Positions 55,872 through 64,000 of a DNA stretch of 64,000 nucleotides are shown one piece after another. Position numbers and translations under genes: made by a program. The stretch comes from Rebecca billardiae RCC1528 (Eukaryota; Protista; Haptophyta): positions 744,001-808,000 of the forward strand of contig OZ251250.1 in assembly GCA_965240325.2 (NCBI GenBank), given 5' to 3'. Every line of letters begins with the position of its first letter. Positions within the stretch are counted from its first letter, which is position 1. Below the pieces are notes generated by a model. It was given only the letters and a program-made list of their open reading frames with translations. It was not told the origin of the DNA and did not search any database.

Positions 55872-57513
55872 ATGCGCAGGGATGGCGGCGGCAAGAGCCG
55901 CGGCGCGAGGCACGCCTCGGCAGCCGACCACGTCTTCTCGCAGCCGCACCTGGTGGCGCACATCCTGCGACACGTGGCGACGGGCGGCCCCGCCGAGGAC
56001 GCGCCGTGGGAGCGACCGTTTGCCGCCGCGGAGCTGCGCCGCCCCGCGCGCGTGCACAAGCCGTCACGCAAGCACTGCTCGAGGACCGTGCCCTTCCGCC
56101 ACGGATACATGGACGACCGGCTCTTCTGCGTCGGCGACGACCCGAAGCCAAAGCCGTACCTGGACCTCGCGCCGCTGCTGCGCGCGAGCAGCGTCAACCG
56201 AACGTGCCGCGCAGAGCCGTGGCCGCGCGCCGTCGAGGCGTGCGTGCACCGCTACGGGCTCGCGCTGGGCGCGCGCGCCGCGAGGCACGGCGCCCGGCGG
56301 CTGTGGAGCGCGCAGCTCCAGCTCCTTGACGCCGCGCTCGACCGCCTGTGCGCGGCGATGCGCACCCCGGCCGCACGGCAGGCAATCCGTCGCGGGCGGA
56401 CGGAACCGACGCCGCCCGCCCTGTGCGCTGCGCTCGAGGCGCTGTTCCGCCAGTGCGTGCGCGTCTCGGCCGTGGCGGTGCACTGCGCGTGCGAAGAGTC
56501 CGCCGCGGGTGACGAGCCCGCCGCGTGCGACACGTCCGCGACGCTGGTGCCCGTCCTGCTGCCCACGCCGGGCGGCGCGCGCGACACGGCTACCAGTCAG
56601 CTGGCGGGGCACGTCGCCACGACGCTGAGCGCGTGCGTGCGCGCGCTGCCGTGGTGCGACCGGCTGCTGGCGGGCGGTGCGCACGCGCTGGTGGCGCTGT
56701 CGACGGTGATGTGCACGCAGCCCGGCGGGCCGCGCCGGCGCGATGTGCGGGGGCGGCTGGCCACGGCGTGGGTGGAGCTGGCCCATCAGCTGATGGGCCG
56801 GCACGACGGAGCCTGGTGGGGCGCCGCTAGCCCGACGGGCCGCGGCCACGTCGCCTCCGCGCTGCACAACTGCGCGCGGCTGCTCAGGCGTGTGAAGGAT
56901 GAGCTGCGCTCGTACGAGCTGTCGTTGTGCGCGTCCCAGCTCGCGTCGGTGCTGCACCTCGCCCTCGACCGCGCCGCGCCGCACGGCGCGCGCATGTGCG
57001 TTGCAGCTGGCATGCGCGCAGCTCTGCGACGTGTTGACGGACGTTTCCCAGGAGCTGCCGGAGGCGCTGGGCGCCAGCGAGCACTGGCTGCACGATGACC
57101 TGGACGCACAGGACGACGACTTCGAGCTGAGCTTGTGCGGCGCCATCTGTCAGCTGGAGCAGTACGAGCCCAGCGGCGCGCGCGACCAGTTTGACGAGTG
57201 CCAGCTGTACGGGTGGGGGGCGGCCTTCAGCAAGGCCTTCGGCGAGCACGGCGCGGACACGGAGGCGTACGAGGGGCTGCTCTACACGGCCTGCGAGCAG
57301 CTCAAGGCGTACGCGGATGTGGAGCAGGGCCTCGCCGAGCTGGCCGCGGACGCGGAGCGCTCGGACCTGTGGGTGCGCGCGGGTGCGTACCTGGTCACGC
57401 TCGCCGTGCGCGGCACGGTGCTGCGCGCGCACTGCTTGGACCCACCGCGGTGCGACCTCTTCAGCGCCACCGAGCTCGACGCCATCGCACGCGCACTCCG
57501 CCGCGTGCGGTGA
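55872..57513 (+). CDS. Hypothetical helical protein with an F-box-like N-terminal motif; frame change near 56950-57005
   Basis: VFSQPHLVAHILRHV...LLRASSVNRTCR resembles a split F-box. Protein-like sequence continues in a second frame (QLCDVLTDVSQEL...). A candidate 58-nt GT-AG intron at 56949-57006, or a missing GC dinucleotide, would join them. Confidence 0.55.
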
Positions 57514-57691
57514 GACGGTCGTCGTCACCAAGGCTACTATTAGCAGTACTTAGCCAGCCGCATACGGCGGTAAAGTAGTACTATACTACCCCAACAGTGT
57601 AGGACGAATCTAAAATCTTCGTAGTCAGCAATCCGGTGGTCAGGAGGGAGTGGCCCCGCTTCACCCTGACCCGTCCACTGCAAGCGGCACG

Positions 57692-59857
57692 ATGGCGCGG
57701 CACGTGTCGGCGGCGCCGGCGGCGAGACTCTTCGCACTGGCGTGCGCGGCACGAGCCGCGGTGCCCCTCATCCCTGCGCACCCACGCGCATCGACCGCCG
57801 CCTCTTGCCGCGGCGGCGTCATGATGGGCCGCTCCGAGCCGTCAGCCTCGCGCGGCGGCGGCGGCGGCGACGCGGCCGCGGACGCAGGCTTTCGAGCGCG
57901 CGTGTTCGGCGGCGGGCGGCTGGTGGTGACGGAGGCGGAGGCGGGGTTCGTGGACGGCGATGAGAACCTTGAGGACGGCGAGACCCTCGTGCGCGCGCTC
58001 AAGGCGCACGAGCCCGGGCCGCGCGGCGGGCGGCTGCTGTGCGCCGCCGCGCTTGTCGTCTCGAGCGCAGCGGGCTCGGCAGGCGCGGCCCCGACGGCGG
58101 GCTTGGCGCACCTGTGGATCGGCGACTCGCTGGAGCCGGGGGTCAGCCCGAACGCCGTCGTGCGCGCCGCGCAGCACGTCGTCGACTGCCTGCTGCTCGA
58201 GCACCTGCGGCGCGGCGGTTGCGCCGACGCGCTGCGCGCGCACGCGCCGGCGCGCTCGGCGTCGCGCGTGGCGCTGCGCTCGCGAGGCTTTGTGGACGTG
58301 GCGGCGCGCACGCCGCAGCCCGTGCCCGCCGCGGCGGCCGAGGCCGAGCCGGAGGGCGGTGGCCTCGGCCTGTGCGCGCACGCCGCCACCGTCGCGTACA
58401 CGGCGTGCGCGTGCGCGCACGTCGAGGCCAGCCTGGCAGAAGCGCCGTCGGGTCTCGCCGAGGGCCCTCCGCCAGCCGCGGCGGGGCCCAGCCGCGCGGC
58501 ACCGGCACGGGTGGCGCGCGCCGCCGCGCGCGCGGCGGCGCGCTCGGACGCGGAGGCGATCCTCCGCGCGCTTGCTGCCGCGCCGCCGCCGCCGCTCGCG
58601 CTGGGGCCGGCGCGCGCGCTCGTCGGCGCCGAGGCCGCCGCGGGCGGCGCGCCGCCCACGCTGCGCGCCGCCGCGCTGCTCTGCCCGGACTCCCGGACTC
58701 GCCATGTCTGGCTGCTCCCGGACTTTGCGACCGAGGCGGAGGTGGCCGCGCTGCGCGGCGCTGCCGACGCGGCCCCGTACGCCGCGGACGAGCCGGACTC
58801 TGTGGATCTGGCGCCCGCGCAGCACTGCCTGCTGCTCGACGCGGGGCGCGATGCCGAGCACGCGCGTGCGCTGCCGCCCGCCGCGCGCGCCGCCGCGCGC
58901 GCGCTCGGCGAGCGGCTGGCGCGCGCCCTGCGCTCGCTCGTGCCCGGGGGCGAGCAGCTCGTGCTGAGCGACGCGTTCCTGCGGCGGTATGGCCGCGGGG
59001 CCGGCGGGCGGCGCGGGCTGCCGCCGCACTTCGATTCGCTCGCCTTCGCCACCGCCGCGCTCGACCTCACCCTCCCGTTGCAGGCCGACGGTGCGGCCGG
59101 CGCGCGCCGCGCGCCGTGCGACGCGGGCGGCGCGTCGCTGTTCGTGCAGGCGGGCGCCGCGCCGGCCGCGCGGCGGCGCGTGCCGTTCGGAGCGTGCGGG
59201 CGTGATGTCTTCGTCCACGGCTTTGACGTTGCGCACGGCGTGGCGCGTGCGGACGAGGAGGCGGCCGCATCTGCCGGCGACGACGACACGCCCTCGCGTC
59301 GGCTAAGCCTGCTCTACTGGTTCGCGCCATCGGCGGCGGCGCGGGCGGCGCAGCGCGCGAGCTGGCTGTCCGAGGGCGCCGCGGCGGGCGACGGCGACCT
59401 CCTCTTCTGCCTGGGTGGCCTGCTCGAGTGCGGCTCGGGCGGCCACGCGCACGACGAGGCCGCGGCGGAGGATTTGTATGCCAGAGCGGCGGCGGGCTCT
59501 GGTGGCGCGGGCTCGGGCAACGCGTGGGCGCAGACGCGACTCGGTAGCGTGCGCGAGGCGCAGGGCCGCGATGCCGACGCGGTGCGCTGGTGGGGCGAGG
59601 CCGCGCGCCAGGGGAGCCCGCTCGCGCAGCTTGCGCTCGCCGACGCGCACGAGGCCGGCGCGGGCGGGCTCGAAGGCGGCACGCGCGGCGCGGTGCGCGC
59701 GCGGCTCTGGCTCCGGCTGGCCGCGGCGGCCGGGTGCGAGGAGGCTGACGAGGCCGCCGTGCCGCTCACCCTGGCGGACAACCCGGCGGGCCGGCGCCGA
59801 GCTGACAACCACGCCAACGGGCGCGGCGCGCGGGACCCGACTGTGAGACGTGAGTGA
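57692..59857 (+). CDS. Multidomain protein: unknown N-terminal domain, prolyl-hydroxylase-like 2OG-Fe(II) oxygenase, Sel1-like repeats
   Basis: LPDFATEAEVAAL...DSVD...FLRRY...LPPHFD (HxD)...GGASLFVQ...VFVHGFDVAHGV...RRLSLLYWF. Sel1 repeats AQTRLG...AVRWWGEAARQGSPLAQLALADAH...ARLWLRLAAAAG. Confidence 0.8.
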   Translation: MARHVSAAPAARLFALACAARAAVPLIPAHPRASTAASCRGGVMMGRSEPSASRGGGGGDAAADAGFRARVFGGGRLVVTEAEAGFVDGDENLEDGETLVRALKAHEPGPRGGRLLCAAALVVSSAAGSAGAAPTAGLAHLWIGDSLEPGVSPNAVVRAAQHVVDCLLLEHLRRGGCADALRAHAPARSASRVALRSRGFVDVAARTPQPVPAAAAEAEPEGGGLGLCAHAATVAYTACACAHVEASLAEAPSGLAEGPPPAAAGPSRAAPARVARAAARAAARSDAEAILRALAAAPPPPLALGPARALVGAEAAAGGAPPTLRAAALLCPDSRTRHVWLLPDFATEAEVAALRGAADAAPYAADEPDSVDLAPAQHCLLLDAGRDAEHARALPPAARAAARALGERLARALRSLVPGGEQLVLSDAFLRRYGRGAGGRRGLPPHFDSLAFATAALDLTLPLQADGAAGARRAPCDAGGASLFVQAGAAPAARRRVPFGACGRDVFVHGFDVAHGVARADEEAAASAGDDDTPSRRLSLLYWFAPSAAARAAQRASWLSEGAAAGDGDLLFCLGGLLECGSGGHAHDEAAAEDLYARAAAGSGGAGSGNAWAQTRLGSVREAQGRDADAVRWWGEAARQGSPLAQLALADAHEAGAGGLEGGTRGAVRARLWLRLAAAAGCEEADEAAVPLTLADNPAGRRRADNHANGRGARDPTVRRE

Positions 59858-60142
59858 ACTGAGTAATCGGGAGATGGCTATCTCCCTTGGCATATGATAG
59901 ATCAATATTGAAAGCCTCGTGGCTGCTCGGTAATTAACACGGAAAGGCGCCGAACCGGAAAGGTGAAAGTTGGAAAGGGCGAAAGCCGAAAGGCGAGAAA
60001 ACCCCGCAGCAGATTACTTGATGAACCGGCGCGGGGCACGCGCTCGCGCGGCGGCCCCGCGCGCGCGCCGCGTTCGCGGTCCTGAATCGCCGATTCGCCC
60101 CGCCGTGCGCGCATCAACTGCTCGCCCGCACACTCGACCGTC

Positions 60143-60405
60143 ATGGAGGCAGCACAGGCAGCGATGCAGAAGTCGGCGAAGGAGGCGGCGATCAACGCGG
60201 CGCCGGCCGCCCTGAAGGGCCTGCTGGCCTGCTTCCCCCTCGACATGAAGTTCGGCTGCCTTAAGGTGCGCGGCCGACCCACGTGCCGCCGAGCGCGGCG
60301 CCTGCCACGCACGCCCCAGAGCTCACCGCGACTCGCTTTTCGCCGCGTCAGGTCTGCGCCGGGGCGATGGACGAGAACACGAAGAAGCTCTTCGACAAGG
60401 TCTAA
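60143..60405 (+). CDS. Spliced 58-aa microprotein; exons 60143-60265, 60352-60405
   Basis: MEAAQAAMQKSAKEAAINAAPAALKGLLACFPLDMKFGCLK|VCAGAMDENTKKLFDKV*. Intron AAG|gtgcgc...cgtcag|GTC matches the local splice consensus; third codon positions are strongly G/C. Confidence 0.72.
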
Positions 60406-61209
60406 ACGCGCGGCATGCTCGTCGGCGTGGCCCCGGCTTTTCGTCCCCCGCATCAGCCGACACGGAGCGGCACTGCCGCCCCACACTCCGCCTGTCACAT
60501 CGGCCGGCAGTGACGGGGTCCCGGTCACGGTGCAACGTGCGCAGCTTGTCATGCCTCTCGACCGGCTTGGCAAGCTGATATGTATCTCATACCTTCATAA
60601 GTGTGTGTTTATTGTACGACGTAGTAGGGCACGTCACACAGCTACCGTGGCAGCTGCCAGGCACTGTGAGACAGCTCAGACTGAGTTGCGGATCACCATC
60701 GTCGCCCGCGGCATCATCGGTTACATGGGCTTGATCCGGGATGGCATCGCTGCCCGGCGCTGCCCGTCAGCCCGCGGCTCCGCCTCAGAAGTCCGAGAGT
60801 CCCTGCGGGGCCCGACCGGCCCGCGAGGCTGAGCGGGCCGAGTCGTCTGTCTCGGCCCCCGCCTGTGGCCCTGAGATGCCGCAGCTAAGTCAGATGTGAC
60901 TCGGACCGTCCGCCGTACCGATTACTATAGGGGTCACAGGCCAGTCTGCCGGTGCCTGACGGCGCGGCCGCCGTGCAGTCTCGCCCGGTCACGGGCCCCG
61001 CCGTCGTCACGGACACGGGGCCGCGCACTCACCGACTCACCGTTGGGGCACAGCTCCGACACCACGTGGCACGTGGGCTCTCCGGCTGACCCTGTCCGAA
61101 CGCGCCCAACGGCCAACTCAATATGATGAAGCGGAGCCACGCTGCGGCAGGCCGGACCAGTCATCAGCGCGCCGCCGGCGACGGTTGGGTGGGTGGGGCG
61201 GCACCGGCG

Positions 61210-63584
61210 CTAGGGGTCTGCCGGCGGCGTGCTGCTGCCGCGCCTGCGCCCACCGAGGGAGCGCTGGCCCTCGACCGAGCCACTCCGCTCGCGCGAGGGC
61301 ACGCCCGCTGCTGCGCTCGGCGGTGGCCCGCCGCGCTCGGCGCCACCGCCGCCGCCGCTCGAGCCTGCGGAGACGGGCGGAGCGGGCGGGTGTGACGGGG
61401 CCGAGCGCAGCCGCTCCAGTCGCGGCGGCTGCTGCGCGGCGGACGCCTCGGACCGGCGGCGGCGCGCCCAGATGGACAGCCGCTGTGTCTGTGGCAGCTG
61501 CTGCGGCGGCGGTGGCGTCCGCGTCTGCAGAGGCGGCGAGCCAGGGCCCGCTGCCGCTGCGGCGGACGCGCTCGCGCCGCGGCCGCCGCCGTGCGAGCGA
61601 ATGCGGCGCGGCGGCGGCGGCCCCGCCGCCGGGGGCGGCGTGGGCGCGGGGGGCGTGGTCGGCGCGCGCCATGGGCCGATCGGCTGGCAGATGCCGCTCG
61701 AGCACGCGCGGCCGACGACGGGCGCGCCGCCGCCGCCCTCGGCCGCGCCGCCGCCTCCGAGCCGCGCTGGGTCGGCGCGGCTGCTGCCCCGCGGCGGCGA
61801 GCCAAGGAGCGGCGGCGGCCGTGGCGAGAAGCCGCCGCCGCTGTCGCCACCGGCGCCGGCGCTCGGCGGGCGGTCCCCCGGCCTGGGCGACGGCGCCCCG
61901 GAGCCCGCCAGCAGCGCGCTCAGCCAGCCCGGACCCCACGACGTGATCTTGCCGGCCGCAGCGTCCGCCCAGCTCGGGCCAGCCGCGCCGCCGGGGCCGG
62001 GGCTGCCGCCGCCGTTCGGCTCGTGCTGCTGCCCCGATGCGGCGGCGCTGAGCTCGCCCTCGAGCTGCGCGGTCAGCGCGTCGAGCTGGGAGAGCATCTG
62101 CAGCTCCTGCGCTCGCTCGCTCAAGTCGGAGCCCCCAGGCCCCGCACCGCCGCCGGCCAGGCCCAATGCGCCGCCTCCGCCTCCGGCAGCCATCCTTCCG
62201 CCAAAGCTGATCAGCCCGCTGCCACCGCCGCCGCCGCCGCCATACGCGCCGAGCTCGGGCGTGCTGGGCGAGGCGCGGAGCCCGCCCAGCGGCGGCAGCG
62301 GCGGGATGAGCGAGTTGCCGCGCGAGCGGGAGCAAGCGCCGCCGCCGCCGCCGCCGCCTGCACCGCCATTGGGGCTGGCGGCGGCGCCGCCGCCGCCGCC
62401 GTCCGTGCCGCCGCCGCCGCCGGGCGTGCCGGCTGCGGCGGTGGCTGCGGCGGCGGCGACGGCGCTCCCGGCGGCGACGCCGCACGGCGCGCACGGCGCG
62501 CTCGGCGAGCGCAGCATCGCCATGCGCCGCAGCTGGTCTCGGCGCACGCGCCTCGCGGGCTGTGGCGCGCCAGCCAACTCTCGGCTGTCGCGCCCGCCGC
62601 CGCCCGCGCCGCCGCCGCCCCCGCTGCTGCCCGGCGGAGGCGGCGGCGGCGCGCTGAGCGGCGGCGGCGTCGTGAGCCGCGGCGGCGGCGGCGGTGCCTC
62701 CGCCGGCGGGCGCGCCGCCGGCGGCGGCGAAGGCGGGCGCCCCGGCACGGCCGGCGGGAAGTTGTGCGCGTACGGCGGCGTCGCCGCGCCAGCGCCGCCC
62801 CTGCCCGCGCCGCCGCACGCCGTGCCGCCCAGCCCGCGCAACAGCCAGTGCAGCGCAGAAGTGGGCACGGAGGAGGCCCCGAGCGGCTCGGCCTCGCCGC
62901 GCTGCCGCTGCTCGGGCGGCGGGTCGTGGGCGGGCTGCGCGGGACTCGCGCCGCGGCGGGAGCCGAGCGCGTCCGCCCTGAGCGGAGGCGGCGTGCCCAG
63001 CGCCGCCGAGGAGCGCGCGCCGTAAGCGTCCGCGCGCGGCGGCAGCGGCGGCGGCGGCCGCACGCGCTCGGGCTGCTGCTGCCCGCCGCCGAGCAGGAAA
63101 GAGCCGCTGTGGCTGCTGTCGGCACCCGGCCCGCCGCCGCCGCCGCGAGGGCGGCCGGCTGGCCCCGCCCCGACGGGCTGCAGCTCGTCGAAGCCGCGAC
63201 CCTCCTCCTCCGCCCTCGGCCGATAAAACCAAATGATGGCCGGGTTGTGGTGGTATATGTATCTCCCGAGGATCTCGCCGAGCAGCGGGAGCACCTTCGG
63301 GCGCTTGGTGGCGCGCAGCTCCTCGCGCAGCGCCTCGCGCACCGCGAGCGGGCGGTACCCGATCGGCAGCCACGAGCGCGAGTGCTGGCAGTGCACCGAC
63401 GCCCACAGCCGTGCCCACGCGCGCCCCTCGCGCGTGCCGAGCGTGCGCACACACGTGAGCAGCACCATCAGCCCGAGCACGGCGCCAAACACGCCGCCCA
63501 GAAGCGCTCCGTCGATGGGTGTGAGCGACGTCGCGGCGGGCACCGCGGACGTGTCGGACGAGTCGGACGCGCCGCCGCCGCCAC

Positions 63585-63623
<39 letters not shown>

Positions 63624-64000
63624 CGCCGTCGCCGCCGCCGCCGCCGAGCGGCTGCGGCGAGGGCGGCGGCGCGGGCGGCGCGGGCGGCGTCGACGGCGGC
63701 GAGGGCGGCGCGGGCGGCGCGGGCGGCGGGCTCGGCGGGCTCGGCGGCGGGCTCGGCGGCGCGGGCGGCGGGCTCGGCGGCACGTAGAAGACGGGCGAGG
63801 CGGCAAGCGGCGCGCCGAGCGCAACGGCAAGCGTCCCGGACGTGGCGCTCCGGAGGCGCTCGCCCGCAGGCGGGCGAGGCGGCGCGCGCGAGTCGGGCAC
63901 CTCCCGCACGAGTGTGAGCACGTTGAGCGACCCCTCGGTGGTCGAGACGATGATCACCGAGCCCGGCGGCAGCTCGAGCAGCGCCTCCAGTCCGGATGTG
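61210..64000 (-). CDS. Pro-rich single-pass surface protein, 3' part (SEA-like segment, SP repeats, Gly linker, TM helix, long low-complexity tail); starts beyond the window
   Basis: ...LPPGSVIIVS...PPSPPPAPPSPPP...IDGALLGGVFGAVLGLMVLLTCVR; open frame to the stop at 61210. Confidence 0.72.

Noticed and set aside
59940-60030. Hammerhead ribozyme (GAAA plus TGATGA)
   Set aside because: The core reads TTGATGA rather than CTGATGA, and the required stem order is not present.
899-63454. Hundreds of long Arg/Ala/Pro-rich overlapping ORFs
   Set aside because: Expected from stop-codon scarcity at this GC content; they carry no domain motifs and overlap better-supported spliced genes.

Overview
Gene-dense eukaryotic nuclear DNA with very high GC (roughly 70-75% by eye). 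It has spliceosomal introns (mostly GT-AG, two clear GC-AG), signal-peptide+Phe plastid-targeting leaders and a TTAGGG-type tract. This fits an alga with a secondary red plastid, most likely a haptophyte (Pavlovales/Diacronema-like; inference only). Most long ORFs in the six-frame track are GC artefacts. After manual splicing I find 23 protein genes, in order: RCC1-repeat protein (partial), UBX/FAF-like p97 adaptor, plastid-targeted ICMT/PEMT-family methyltransferase, Cys-rich Erv/Alr sulfhydryl oxidase, membrane-anchored subtilisin on an extensin-like stalk, bacterial-type monomeric NADP-IDH, 2OG-Fe(II) oxygenase-like protein, MYND/beta-helix protein, unknown membrane protein, GlpF-type aquaporin, patatin TAG lipase, coiled-coil protein, fucosyltransferase-like protein, SAM methyltransferase, PHD-AWS-SET (NSD-like) protein, NAP1-like protein, BT1 folate transporter, small secreted Pro/Met-rich protein, uL22m, SufD, F-box-like protein, 2OG-oxygenase/Sel1 protein and a partial Pro-rich surface protein. 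There is also a spliced 58-aa microprotein that the ORF track does not show in its spliced form. No rRNA, tRNA or CRISPR was found. The most notable observations are: (i) a ~90-105 bp element present three times, each 160-375 bp upstream of a start codon and in the same orientation; (ii) a NAP-family histone-chaperone domain carrying an apparent mitochondrial presequence; (iii) the 58-aa microprotein preceded by a GAAAG array; (iv) intergenic DNA rich in short palindromes that seem to arise by micro-insertion or template switching.
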